DNA of 64,000 bases from Octopus vulgaris (taxonomy: Eukaryota), in assembly GCA_951406725.2 (NCBI GenBank), contig OX597836.1:35092001-35156000 (forward strand), given 5' to 3'. Position 1 is the first letter of the stretch. Each line of letters starts with the position of its first letter. This document shows positions 14,601 through 29,027 of the stretch, piece after piece. Under the pieces are notes generated by a model. That model had not been told where the DNA came from, made no database searches, and saw only the letters and a list, made by a program, of their open reading frames with translations. The translations under genes and the position numbers were made by a program.

Positions 14601-15165
14601 ATTAGGTCCACATATATAAACTTATCTATGTATGTCTATAAATATATATGTTTATACATTCATATATATATATATCTGTATACATATATATGTTTTTATA
14701 TATAACTATATATATGTATTTATCTCCTTCTTCCCTTCTTTCCTGAGCGTCCAATAATACTTTATTTGCTCCACATCCTTGCGTTGTTGTTTTTAGTTTT
14801 CTTGTTTGGGTTAACTGATTTGACGTCTATATCTAGCATGTTGACTGTCCACTTTTCGTGTTCAGTCCTTAATTGGTATATATAAATATTTTAATCTTCG
14901 GATTCTTTTTTAATATGCTAGACCACTGGTCTTAATTGATAAATATCAATTTCTACCCTTAATTAATTTTATATAAATAAATATGTTCTCTAACCGATAA
15001 ATTAACTGCTGCTAATTATTAGCTGCAGGCTAGTTTTCTCGGGTTTCAACGCGCCAAAGTAAAGGCATTTGAAAGATATATTCAAATGTAATAGGCTGAA
15101 CTCCATGCACGCGATATTTCGGTATCGTGTTTGCATCTAGTCCATATAATTACATTTATAACGGA

Positions 15166-15230
15166 CCATGCTGATGATGGCTGCAGTTTTCCTTGCGGAA
15201 AATAACAGCTGAAACTAAGTTAGTACATGG
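15166..15230 (+). ncRNA. Type I hammerhead ribozyme motif
   Basis: Stem I CCAUG/CAUGG; core CUGAUGA (15171-77); stem II (U)GGCUG..UUUUCC-UUGC-GGAAAA..CAGCU; GAAA (15211-14); stem III ACUA-AGU-UAGU; cleavage triplet GUA (15223-25). Confidence 0.8.
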
Positions 15231-15658
15231 GTAATTATTTTGTAAAACTCACTGAATCACTACCAAAGGTATGTTTGAAAGTTTGAAACTATAAAAACAG
15301 GTGGTGGAAGCCCATGGTGTCCCGCGGCCTAGGAATGCTTAAACCCTCAATCGCACACTTTCAATATATATTAGCTACATATTCCGCGAAGGACATATTC
15401 TCTCCCCCATTCTCACTTATTCTCTCTCTCTTTCCATATATGTATTCTTTCATTCCTTTACCTATCTACCTGTCTATTTATGTATGTATGTATGTATGTA
15501 TGTATGTATGTATGTATGTATGTATGTATGTATCTATCTGTCTGTCTGTCTGTCTATCTATCTACCTACCTATCTGTCTGTCTATCTATCTATCTAGTTA
15601 TCTACCTATCTAGTTACCTATCTATCTATCTAATTATCTATCTATCTGTCTATCTACG

Positions 15659-15707
<49 letters not shown>

Positions 15708-16360
15708 GTCTGTCTGTCTGTCTGTCTTTCTCTCTATCTGTCTGCCTCCCTGTCTATCTATCTGTCTATGTATCCCTCGTCTCTATCTATCTATCTTTCT
15801 ATCTTGGTAGTTATCTACCTGTCTATCTTTATATCAACCTGTCTATCTATACCTGGGGCTATACCGAGGCGAAAACACACGGACTAATGTACACATACAC
15901 CCACATTTATTCATATATGTACCTGTATGTACGGGTGTGTGTGTGTGTACATGTATGTGTGTATTCCTCATTATGTATATGCCTATGTGTGTGTGAGTAC
16001 ACGTTTATCTATTAGATGCAGATTTACGTACATATTTACACACATCAATTTTGAGCTTTCAATATACAGCCAATATAATAGTATCTACACACAGAAGTAC
16101 CTTCATATACACACTCTTATTCATGTCCATGTACTCGCATATCGATTTCTAAGAACACCTTTTCTCAATTTTAAATACAAAAAAAAAAGAAAAAAAGAAA
16201 AGAAAAAAAACAGACGCTAAATCTTCTTTACTTTAAGTTTATTAATGATTGCGTTACATGAAATATATTAAGTTAGTTAGAGACTTTGAGATGTGGTCTG
16301 CAAACACGCCACGAAATTATGCTTGGTGGAATTTATTTACATCTTACAAATATTCGGAAA

Positions 16361-17391
16361 TTATAAACCAACGGTCATCTGAAAGAGAAAATGGAATTAT
16401 TGATAAAATATATATGAAAGTATCAGAGTGGAATGTACTAATGCCCAAATGAATCTCTATGGCTGGCTATCACAAAAATTCATATTTTATAATTGAGACT
16501 TATCCCTAATGAATGGAGTGTAGAAACGATCTTTTCAGTAATTTGAATATATTAATCAGAATGGAGAAATAAATATAAAGTAATGGGAGAAGGAGCGAAA
16601 TCTCTTATAAATCAGTCCATATTGGATAATTAAAGCTTCACATAAGAAAACAGAGTGGAAATCGTTAGAATGTCAACATTTTTCAGCATTTTAACTTCGA
16701 TTTGTCTGAGCTAAGACTCAAAATCTGCAGCTAAATATTTACAAGGTAAATTAGGTGAAAACATACCAGAAAGTACTGCCAATCGGCTTCGTGGACTTTT
16801 TGCTCCATTGTTTTACTTGGAGTAGCATCTGTTGCATTACATACTTTGACGTGGTCCCTTGATTTTTGACGCGACGGAAACGTCTTGTGACATCGTCCTC
16901 ATTCGAATTGTTCATCTATAAGATGCTTCAAAACATGGTCCTGAAATGTAACGATATTAATTGTTCGTTTCAATGTATTGATATGTTATACATAAACAGA
17001 AATCAATGAATTTGGAAATATTAAATACATTCATAAAGTATAAAGTAAAATATAATAATAATATGAATATACATACATTGAAATGACCACGGTGTCTGAA
17101 ATGTTTATCACAATGTTTACAGGTAAACCGAAATTTCTCTTCATGAACAAGCTTGTGGTAGTTTAATGAAGTATTTTGAGTGAATTTCTTCTTACTTATG
17201 TCGCACTGGTACGGCTCCTCGCCTGTAAAAAGAAAGTAATAATTATCATTATTTGAACATGATTAAAATACTTTGATCATCAACTGAAATAAAATGTATA
17301 AATGCAATGACTTACCGTAATGACTCCTCATGTGAGTTGTTAATGAAGATTTCGAAGTAAATGTCTTGGAACATAATGAACATGTGCACAT
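16361..17391 (-). pseudogene. ZNF copy B, damaged
   Basis: Same exon structure as copy A. The second Cys of finger 2 is changed to Ser (CDIS), the linker reads GEEPY, and a TGT>TGA stop at 16899-16901 hits the first Cys of finger 4. Confidence 0.8.
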
Positions 17392-18478
17392 CGTGCTTAT
17401 ATTGTATAAGTTGGGATTAATAAATGGAAAAATTGATGTAGTTTATATGTGTGTGTGTGGTTTGTATAATCTTGTATATCTAATTAGAAATATTTAAAGA
17501 AACATAAGTGTGTGTATAATGTAAATCGATGTAGATGTGAAAGGCAAGAGAGGGAGAGAAGCTGGTCACCTTCCTTTCATATACTAAGGTATGAATAGGT
17601 AAATAATTAAGGGATGCAGCCTATTTGTAGTACTACAAAATTTCAAGACACACACACACACATACACATCTTATTAGCCTCTTTCTTTCTTTCTTTCTTT
17701 TTAAAGTAGATAAAGGTGAGATGGTATAAGTGAAGGATATGTCATTTGGGGGCTGCTGTTCACAGCTTAACTCCCACCCCTCAAAAACACACACGTGTTT
17801 TAGCTTTTGTCTTTCTTCCTTTTTTTAAAGAAGGTAATGACGTGGCTGGAAAGGTGTAGGATAGGTAGGTAATTTGGGCTGCTATCTTCTGCTTACCTTC
17901 CCACCCACCATCTCAAACACACACACATTTCAATAACTTCTTAATGTTGTCATAGTTGTTTGTTGCTAGTATTGGCTGCTAACTCCCAACCCCATCACTC
18001 TCGCTCTTTCTCTCTCTCTCTCTTTCTCTCGCTCACTCTCTCTCTCTCTCTCTCTCTCTCTTTATTTCTTTCTTTCACACACACATCCCTATAAGCCCTT
18101 ACGTATACACATGTCAGGTACAAATAATTCATGGGAGCTATTGGGGACATTTTGGTAGAACTGCGTGGTAATATTTGGACGCTACAATCCATGCGTGACC
18201 TCTTCTGTGAGCCATACGATGGGCTTTTACCTTTAATCATAAAACATTTAAAGGTATATGTATTATATCTGTCTTGAAATATGGTATATTTAGGTGTAAA
18301 TATAATATATATTAGTTTTGATGAATCGTTTATAATTGTTTGGTATAAGATTTTAGTATGTAGTTTAAGTAATAAAAGGTAATACATTATATGCGTGCGC
18401 GCATACACATATATATATATATATACATACACACACACACGAATATATATATATATATATATATAAATTATACATACA

Positions 18479-18528
<50 letters not shown>

Positions 18529-18804
18529 TTCAGCAAAAATTTAGATTCAAATGAATATGGTACTTAATTTAGATGCACCAGAATTTAGGATGGTGTAATC
18601 CATAAAAAAATCCGTGGGGTGATTATAATCAAAATAAGCAACAAGAATGACTCCGGTCATGGTTATATATATATATATATATATATGCGTGTGTGTGTAT
18701 GTGTGTGTGTGTGTGTGTGTGTGTTTGCAAAGACGAAGGAATATGATATTGACTTATACACCTCTATATATACTTATATAGGTGTCTGGAGTGTATGTAC
18801 AGCT

Positions 18805-18847
<43 letters not shown>

Positions 18848-18901
18848 TACACGTATGTTTATTTATGTATATAGGTATAAATATATATATACGTGTAAAT
18901 C

Positions 18902-18932
<31 letters not shown>

Positions 18933-19012
18933 ATATAGATATAAGCATATACATATGATTAAAATACTTTGAAGCATCAACTGAAATAAAATGTATAAAT
19001 GCAATGACTTAC

Positions 19013-19089
19013 CGTAATGACTCCTCATGTGAGTTGTTAATGAAGAATTTCGAAGTAAATGTCTTGGGACATAATGAACATGTGCACAT
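19013..19089 (-). pseudogene. ZNF exon-1-only fragment (p1)
   Basis: Exon 1 plus ~55 nt of intron 1, then a TA tract. Carries the CPK variant and a 1-bp insertion (gaagaattt). Confidence 0.7.
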
Positions 19090-19377
19090 CGTGCTTATAT
19101 TGTATAAGTTGGGATTAAGAAATGGAAAAATTGATGTAGTTTATATGTGTGTGTGTGGTTTGTATAAACTTGTATACCTAATTTAGAAATATTAAATGAA
19201 ATATAAGGTGTGTATAAATGTAAATCGGTGGAGAGGGAGAGACGAGCTGGACACCTCCCTTTTTTCATAGACACTTGATAGAAAATAATCCTGTTATCGT
19301 CTACTATGTCTTATCTTCTAAGAAAAATACTGAGGGTAATTAAAATAATAGAGAGACAGGCAGAGAGAGATGCAGAG

Positions 19378-19423
<46 letters not shown>

Positions 19424-20009
19424 ACTACTTTGTGTTGCTGACTTATTTATCGTTCAGCGAAACGACGTAGGCGTTTGTTAGAGGTTGAGTCGTAGTCTGG
19501 GGTGACTAATCAATATGCAAAATATACATAAATTACAAGAACGATACCTAAAATTCCTGAATTCAGACCTTCTGGATGTGTTGTTAAATCGTCTGCCTTC
19601 ATACAGATTGGTTTTCACATATAGTACATCGTTTGTTTCATGTCTATTTTATAGAAACAATTAGGATGAGATTTGATGTTCTGGGATTGCTTTGAAGAAT
19701 GGTGTGAAGGGCACTTTTAATACATTGAATATAGGTCAATTGTAATAAGACCAATGCGCCTTTGGAAGGAGCTTTGCTTGTTTGTGTGTGTGCGTGGGTG
19801 TGTGTGTGTGCGTGGGTGTGTGTGTGTGTGTTGTTATCTCGTCGACTGCCTTTATACGGAAAGGTTTTCAAAAATAAAACTCAACACATGTGTCTTCCAT
19901 CGTTTTTGTTTTCATGTCTATTTTATAGAAACAATTAGGATGATGATTTATAATAATGATGATTTATAAGATACATGATAGGGGAGGAAAATGAGAAGCA
20001 AAGATAAGG

Positions 20010-20359
20010 TTTCGAACTTTGGCACAAGGCCAGTAATGTTTGGGGAAGTGGGTTACTTGATATCGTTGACACCACTAATCGACTGGGACTTATCTAATCG
20101 GCCCCCGGATCAATGATGAAAATAAAAGTAAACCTCAACGGCATTGATCTCAAATTTTCGAGGAGGGTACTTGCTCCTAAATTAAATTGACTTTAACTCC
20201 CAAGTGTTTCACTGGTGTCATGAGTTTATCGAGCTCGGAGGGATGAAAGGCTAAGTCGACCTCCCGGTGGAATTTGAACTAAGAAAGTAGCGACGGACGA
20301 ATTACTGCTAAGCATTTTTGCCCGGCGATGCACTAAAGATTATGCCAGCTCACCGCCTT

Positions 20360-20393
<34 letters not shown>

Positions 20394-20459
20394 TTTCTTT
20401 CTACAATAGGCACAAGGCCATGGAACTGTGGGTGAGGTGGGGAAGATCCTAACATCGAC
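20010..20459 (-). mobile_element. Meta-type SINE cluster (copy)
   Basis: Paralogous to 32780-33235. Confidence 0.72.
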
Positions 20460-20886
20460 CTGCAAGATGGCACTCCTCCCATTTTGCTATTGTTTGCTTG
20501 AATGGCCGAATGCCCGCTTTCCTGGGAGATGGATGGGTCCTCGAAAGATGATTGGCCATAGCCAAGCCCTGATTTAACACTCTGCGACTTCTTTCTTTGG
20601 GGTCGGTTAGAGGAGCCAAGTGCTCTATCAAACCAATGACTTTGGAAGAAGTTGAAGGGCAAATACGAGAAGTTATGTCTTCCATCCCACAAGAGTTCCT
20701 AATGTAATCAGTTGATGTTGTTCCTGGGCGCTTGAAAAGCTCGGTGGCGAATGCTGATTTCTATATCGAATTTAAATAAAACTCCATGCTGTATGCTTTC
20801 TTAATATATTCATTTTTTCTAAAAATTATAGTTAATAAATAAATTATAAGTGTTTTAAAATATGGAGTTACATTTCAATCACCCTA
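20460..20886 (+). mobile_element. DD41D-type element, 3' half fused to a SINE fragment
   Basis: QDG...CDFFLWG region plus right TIR. Confidence 0.75.
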
Positions 20887-20928
20887 TATATATATATATG
20901 TATATATATATGTATATATATATATTTA

Positions 20929-20961
<33 letters not shown>

Positions 20962-20995
20962 GTATTTTTTTACTTCTTTCAGTCATTTGACTGCG

Positions 20996-21066
<71 letters not shown>

Positions 21067-21282
21067 TTAAGTGTCTAGCAACAAGTTGCGTCACCACAAA
21101 CTGAAAATTTAGAAAAAGCAGCCAAAGACAGCAAAATCGTTTTACTAGAGACATAGCGAAATGTTGTAAATATAATATATATTAATTTTGATGAATCGTT
21201 TATAATTGTTGGTATAAGATTTCAGTATTAGTATAAGTAATAAAAGGTAAAAAATACATTATATGCGTGCGCATACACACAA

Positions 21283-21321
<39 letters not shown>

Positions 21322-21597
21322 AGTTCAGCAAAAATTTAGATTCAAATAAATATTGTACTTAATTTAGATGCATAAATTTAGGATAGATTATTAATCCATA
21401 AAAATCCAGTGGGGTGATTATAATCAAAATAAGCAACAAGAATGACTCCGGTCATGGTTATATATATATATATATATATATGCGTGTGTGTATGTGTGTG
21501 TGTGTGTGTGTGTGTGTATTTGCAAGGCGAAGGAATATGATATTGACTTATACACCTCTATATATACTTATATAGGTGTCTGGAGTTATATGCAGCT

Positions 21598-21642
<45 letters not shown>

Positions 21643-21698
21643 CATACACGTATGTTTATTTATGTATATAGGTATAAATATATATATACGTATAAATC

Positions 21699-21731
<33 letters not shown>

Positions 21732-21810
21732 ATATAGATATAAGCATATACATATGATTAAAATACTTTGAGCATCAACTGAAATAAAATGTATAAATGC
21801 AATGACTTAC

Positions 21811-21886
21811 CGTAATGACTCCTCATGTGAGTTGTTAATGAAGATTTCGAAGTAAATGTCTTGGGACATAATGAACATGTGCACAT
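21811..21886 (-). pseudogene. ZNF exon-1-only fragment (p2)
   Basis: MCTCSLCPKTFTSKSSLTTHMRSHY G|GTAAGT; intron 1 breaks off at ~21755. Confidence 0.75.
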
Positions 21887-22148
21887 CGTGCTTATATTGT
21901 ATAAGTTGGGATTAAGAAATGGAAAAATTGATGTAGTTTATATGTGTGTGTGTGGTTTGTATAAACTTGTATACCTAATTAGAAATATTAAATGAAATAT
22001 AAGTGTGTGTATAATGTAAATCGGTGGAGATGGTCAAATACTAAGGTATGAATAGGTAAATAATTAAGGGATGCAGCCTATTTGTAGTACAACAAAATTT
22101 CAAGACACTCACACACACATACACACGCACACACACATGTTATTAGCC

Positions 22149-22192
<44 letters not shown>

Positions 22193-22813
22193 TTTAAAGT
22201 AGATAAATGTGAGATGGTATAAGTGAAGGATAGGTCGCATTTGGGGGCTGCTATTCACTGCTTAACTCCCACCCCTCAAAAAAACACACACGACTTTTAG
22301 CTTTTGTCTTTCTTTCCTTTTTAAAGAAGGTAATGACGTGGCTGGAAAGGTGTAGGATAGGTAGGTAATTTGGGCTGCTATTTTCTGCTCACCTCACATC
22401 CACCATCTCAAACACACACACATTTCAATAGCTTCTTCATATCTGTCTTTCTTTATTTAAATTTTTTTTAAAAAGGTAAGTTTCAGCGGGTACAGGTGTG
22501 GGGTAGTTAGTTGTTTGTGGCTAGTATTGGCTGCTTAACTCCCAGCTCCCATCACTCTCGCTCTCTCTCTCTCTCTTTACTTCTTTCTCTAACACACACA
22601 TAGTATAAGGAATAAAAGGTAATACGTTATATGCGTGTGCATACTCATATATATGTGTGTCTGTGTTTGTGTGTTTGTAAGGTAGATGGAGAGGTGATAT
22701 TGATTTATATACCTTTATATATACATAACTATGTATATTTACATACGCATCTGTAATTATAAGATGTTATACATGCATGCATACATACATACATACATAC
22801 ATACATACATACA

Positions 22814-22847
<34 letters not shown>

Positions 22848-23060
22848 CATACATACATATATATATATATAAAATTGAGGATAAAATCCTTATATTCATA
22901 GATACCGCAAGCTATGGAGGAGGACGGCCATAACTACTAAAATAAGGTCAAACTGTACCGAATGCAAAACTTCAAAGCAAGTCATTTAAAAAATATATAT
23001 GTGTGTATATCTTATATATATATATATATATATGTATACAGATATAAGCATATACATACA

Positions 23061-23098
<38 letters not shown>

Positions 23099-23179
23099 AA
23101 CATGTATACATTTAGATATATATATGTGGGTGTATCTATATATATATATATATGTATACAGATATAAGCTATACATACA

Positions 23180-23237
<58 letters not shown>

Positions 23238-23269
23238 TACATATGTCTACACACACACATATATATATA

Positions 23270-23875
23270 CAGGGTGATCGAAAAGTAACTCTCTATTTTA
23301 AAATACTTATAATTTATTTATTAACTGCTCTATCAAACCAATGACTTTTTAAGAATATCCCTGAAGTGATGAAGCGGTATTCCACCACATTTTGAACCGT
23401 CACAACTGCCAATACTGGGCGGAAGAAGATCCACGCTATTACCTCTGAAGAAATGCAGAATCGGCACAAAGTAACGGTATGGTGTGGAATGACTTCGGAT
23501 CGCATTGTGGGTCCTTTCATCCTTTGCAATATCATGAATACTGAATGGTACCTCACCATGCTACATGATGATATCTGGCAAGTTATCAGTACTGGGAGTA
23601 TTGAAGATCTGCTCTATCAAACCAATGACTTTGGAAGAAGTTGAAGGGCAAATACGAGAAGTTATGTCTTCCATCCCACAAGAGTTCCTAATGTAATCAG
23701 TTGATGTTGTTCCTGGGCGCTTGAAAAGCTCGGTGGCGAATGCTGATTTCTATATCGAATTTAAATAAAACTCCATGCTGTATGCTTTCTTAATATATTC
23801 ATTTTTTCTAAAAATTATAGTTAATAAATAAATTATAAGTGTTTTAAAATATGGAGTTACATTTCAATCACCCTA
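23270..23875 (+). mobile_element. DD41D-type element, more deleted derivative with both TIRs
   Basis: Same TIRs; further internal deletions and a duplicated CTGCTCTATCAAACCAATGACTTT patch. Confidence 0.8.
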
Positions 23876-23911
23876 TATATATATATGTATATATATATGT
23901 ATATATATATA

Positions 23912-23952
<41 letters not shown>

Positions 23953-23979
23953 TTTACTTCTTTCAGTCATTTGACTGCG

Positions 23980-24048
<69 letters not shown>

Positions 24049-24256
24049 TTAAGTGTCTAGCAACAAGTTGCGTCACCACAAACTGAAAATTTAGAAAAAG
24101 CCAAAGACAGCAAAATCGTTTTACTAGAGACATAGCGAAATGTGTAAATATAATATATATTAATTTTGATGAATCGTTTATAATTGTTGGTATAAGATTT
24201 CAGTATTAGTATAAGTAATAAAAGGTAATACATTATATGCGTGCGCATACACACAA

Positions 24257-24295
<39 letters not shown>

Positions 24296-24565
24296 AGTTC
24301 AGCAAAAATTTAGATTCAAATAAATATTGTACTTAATTTAGATGCACCAGAATTTAGGATGGTGTAATCCATAAAAATCCGTGGGGTGATTATAATCAAA
24401 ATAAGCAACAAGAATGACTCCGGTCATGGTTATATATATATATATATATATATGCGTGTGTGTATGTGTGTGTGTGTGTGTGTGTGTTTGCAAGGCGAAG
24501 GAATATGATATTGACTTATACACCTCTATATATACGGATATAGGTGTCTGGAGTTATATGCAGCT

Positions 24566-24614
<49 letters not shown>

Positions 24615-24668
24615 TACACGTATGTTTATTTATGTATATAGGTATAAATATATATATACGTGTAAATC

Positions 24669-24699
<31 letters not shown>

Positions 24700-24778
24700 A
24701 TATAGATATAAGCATATACATATGATTAAAATACTTTGAGCATCAACTGAAATAAAATGTATAAATGCAATGACTTAC

Positions 24779-24854
24779 CGTAATGACTCCTCATGTGAGT
24801 TGTTAATGAAGATTTCGAAGTAAATGTCTTGGGACATAATGAACATGTGCACAT
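24779..24854 (-). pseudogene. ZNF exon-1-only fragment (p3)
   Basis: Same sequence and same intron-1 breakpoint as p2. Confidence 0.75.
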
Positions 24855-25132
24855 CGTGCTTATATTGTATAAGTTGGGATTAAGAAATGGAAAAATTGAT
24901 GTAGTTTATATGTGTGTGTGTGGTTTGTATAAACTTGTATACCTAATTAGAAATATTAAATGAAATATAAGTGTGTGTATAATGTAAATCGGTGGAGAGG
25001 GAGAGACGAGCTGGACACCTCCCTTTCATAGACACTTGATAGAAAATAATCCTGTTATCGTCTACTATGTCTTATCTTCTAAAAAAATATGAATTAATTA
25101 AATAATAGAGAGACAGTGAGAGAGATGCAGAG

Positions 25133-25176
<44 letters not shown>

Positions 25177-25749
25177 ACTACTTTGTGTTGCTGACTTATT
25201 TATCGTTCAGCGAAACGACGTAGGCGTTTGTTAGAGGCTGAAGTTGACAAGATATTGTGTGGTGATGTTAGGTAGCTCGTCAATGTTCTAACAATACTTA
25301 AATTACAAGAACAGTATTTAGACGTTTTGGACGTGTTTGGGCGAGTTTTTAATTCGTCGTCTGATACAGAACAGTTTATAAAATAAAACAACTGCGTTAC
25401 TTCCTTTTTCCCATTTTTTTTTTTATAGAAACGATTGGGATGGGGTGTGATGGTAGTATTTTGTTTCCTGTATGGTGTGAGAAGACTTGCAATACATTGA
25501 ATATAGGTCAATTGTAATAAGACCAATGCGCCTTTGGAAGGAGCTTTGCTTGTTTGTGTGTGTGCGTGGGTGTGTGTGTGTGTGTTGTTATCTCGTCGAC
25601 TGCCTTTATACGGAAAGGTTTTCAAAAATAAAACTCAACACATGTGCTACATCGTTTGTTTCATGTCTATTTTATAGAAACAATTAGGATGATGATTTAT
25701 AATAATGATGATTTATAAGATACATGATGGGAGGAAAACGAAGATAAGG

Positions 25750-26076
25750 TTTTCGAACTTTGGCACAAGGCCAGTAATGTTAGAGGAAGTGGGTTACTTG
25801 ATATCGATGACACCACTAATCGACTGGGACTTATCTAATCGGCCCCGAAATGATGAAAATGAAAGTAAACCTCAACGGCATTGATCTGAAATTTTCGAGG
25901 AGGTACTTCTCGATTACATTGACCCCCGCTCCCAAGTGTTTCACTGGTGCTTAGTTTATCGAGCTCGGAGGGATGAAAGGCTAAGTCGACCTCGGTGGAA
26001 TTTATAATAATATTTCTTTCTACAATAGGCACAAGGCCTGGAACTGTGGGTGAGGTGGGAAGTCCTAACATCGACC
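25750..26076 (-). mobile_element. Meta-type SINE cluster (copy, head deleted)
   Basis: Paralogous to 32780-33235 with the tRNA head missing. Confidence 0.7.
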
Positions 26077-26491
26077 TGCAAGATGGCACTCCTCCACATT
26101 TTGCTATTGTTTGTGAATGGCTGAATGCCCGCTTTCCTGGGAGATGGATGGGTCCTCGAATGATTGGCCGCCAGAAGCCCTGATTTAACACTCTGCGACT
26201 TCTTTCTTTGGGGTCGGTTAGAGGAGCAAGTCTGCTCTATCAAACCAATGACTTTGGAAGAAGTTGAAGGGCAAATACGAGAAGTTATGTCTTCCATCCC
26301 ACAAGAGTTCCTAATGTAATCAGTTGATGTTGTTCCTAGGCGCTTGAAAAGCTCGGTGGCGAATGCTGATTTCTATATCGAATTTAAATAAAACTCCATG
26401 CTGTATGCTTTCTTAATATATTCATTTTTCTAAAAATTATAGTTAATAAATAAATTATAAGTGTTTTAAAATATGGAGTTACATTTCAATC

Positions 26492-26497
<6 letters not shown>
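26077..26497 (+). mobile_element. DD41D-type element, 3' half fused to a SINE fragment
   Basis: Same junction (ATCGACC|TGCAAGATGG) as at 20460. Confidence 0.75.
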
Positions 26498-26569
<72 letters not shown>

Positions 26570-26597
26570 TTTTACTTCTTTCAGTCATTTGACTGCG

Positions 26598-26664
<67 letters not shown>

Positions 26665-26875
26665 TTAAGTGTCTAGCAACAAGTTGCGTCACCACAAACT
26701 GAAAATTTAGAAAAAGCAGCCAAAGACAGCAAAATCGTTTTACTAGAGACATAGCGAAATGTGTAAATATAATATATATTAATTTTGATGAATCGTTTAT
26801 AATTGTTGGTATAAGATTTCAGTATTAGTATAAGTAATAAAAGGTAATACATTATATGCGTGCGCATACACACAA

Positions 26876-26914
<39 letters not shown>

Positions 26915-27187
26915 AGTTCAGCAAAAATTTAGATTCAAATAAATATTGTACTTAATTTAGATGCACCAGAATTTAGGATTGGTGTAATCCATAAAAATCC
27001 GTGGGGTGATTATAATCAAAATAAGCAACAAGAATGACTCCGGTCATGGTTATATATATATATATATATATATATGCGTGTGTGTATGTGTGTGTGTGTG
27101 TGTGTGTGTGTTTGCAAGGCGAAGGAATATGATATTGACTTATACACCTCTATATATACTTATATAGGTGTCTGGAGTTATATGCAG

Positions 27188-27240
<53 letters not shown>

Positions 27241-27317
27241 CACGTATGTTTATTTATGTATATAGGTATAAATATATATATTCTATATATATATATATAT
27301 ATTTATTATATAGAAGG

Positions 27318-27363
27318 AGCTTCTACTAGTACTGTTTCATTCAAGAGAAATCTTCAGGAAGCT
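27318..27363 (-). ncRNA. Hammerhead motif, inverted copy with 5-nt deletion in stem III
   Basis: Minus strand reads AGCUUC CUGAAGA UUUCUCUUGAAU GAAA CAGUACUAG UA GAAGCU. Confidence 0.55.
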
Positions 27364-27756
27364 ATTTAACAAGAATTGTATTAGCATTTATACATTTAGG
27401 CAGGTTTAAAGGAGTGGTGGTGGGGGACTTTTTGGGGGTAGGCATAGCGCAAAATATCATACTTGGGGGAGTGGTCAAGGAGTCAGTGGTAAGTTAGATG
27501 AAAGAATAGATAAATAAAAAAATAAAAAAATAAAAAATAAAAAAATAAAAAAATAAAAAAATATATAAAATAAAAAAATAAAAAATAAAAAATATAAAAA
27601 ATATATATAAAAATATATATATAAAATATATATATAAAAAAATATATATATAAAAAAAGGGGGGATAGAGTTATAGGTAAATAAGGAGATTCTCACTTAT
27701 ACCTATACACACATGTATACGTATCTACACACACATATATACATACACATATATAT

Positions 27757-27809
<53 letters not shown>

Positions 27810-28680
27810 CACACATACATACATATCTACATACACACATACATACACCCGCCCACATATACAAATTTATACACATGCACATGCCTATACCTGTCTACAC
27901 ATACACACACGTATATATGCATACACTCACTCCCATGCATGCACGCATACACACATGTATATATATATATATACCCACGACCACACATACATATATACAC
28001 AGAAAAATATATATTCATACGCACATACACTCATGCACACACAACACACCTAGTTCCCTATATACACATATTTACACCTATATATACATACACCCACATA
28101 CACCTATGTACATATATATATATATAATATATATACATATACACGCATACATATATATACATGTGTGCACATACATACATACACACATATACATACACAT
28201 ACACATACACATGTGTACCTATACATACCTACACATACACACATACATACATACAAATATATATATATATATATATATATACAATCCAATACAGGCCCAT
28301 TCCCTAATTTTAATTTTATTATCTTCATTTATTACTTTTGTTATCTTTGATCGCTAGGGCTAAGAATCCTGGCTATGGCTGCATGTCCATTTGTCTGTCT
28401 ACTAGAAGGCAAGTACTCATTCCCGCACGCACACTCATTAGCACGTACATTCACCCATTCGTACACTCATACACATACACGTACGCACGCGTTATATTCA
28501 TACATACAAACATCTACATACGTTCACGTATATACACATACGTACTCGTACCTACAGATTCGTGTCTACACTTTAGGAGGCTAGTCTATACATATACACC
28601 AATAAATATACATATATATATATATATACACACATATACATACACACACACACATATATACTCCTACATACAGATACATA

Positions 28681-28733
<53 letters not shown>

Positions 28734-28994
28734 ACATATATTATATAATATAGGGCTTAGAAAATAAAATAAATTATACTTTGCCACATACTAAACTTTC
28801 TAGAAATAGCAGCCAATAAAGTTTTTTAGCCTCTTCCACTACTTAGATAGAATTTTTTTCCCTCTAACATTGTTTACTCAAAATAATAATGGTCCCTTTA
28901 CATACTGAACACTCTGATGAAATTGATTAATAACTAATTAACTTTACCCTCCCTTGTTGATATATATATACATATGTATATGTGTATATGTATG

Positions 28995-29027
<33 letters not shown>

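Noticed and set aside
28914-28960. CTGATGA in the fold-back spacer
   Set aside because: No GAAA or stem III and no stem I partner follow.
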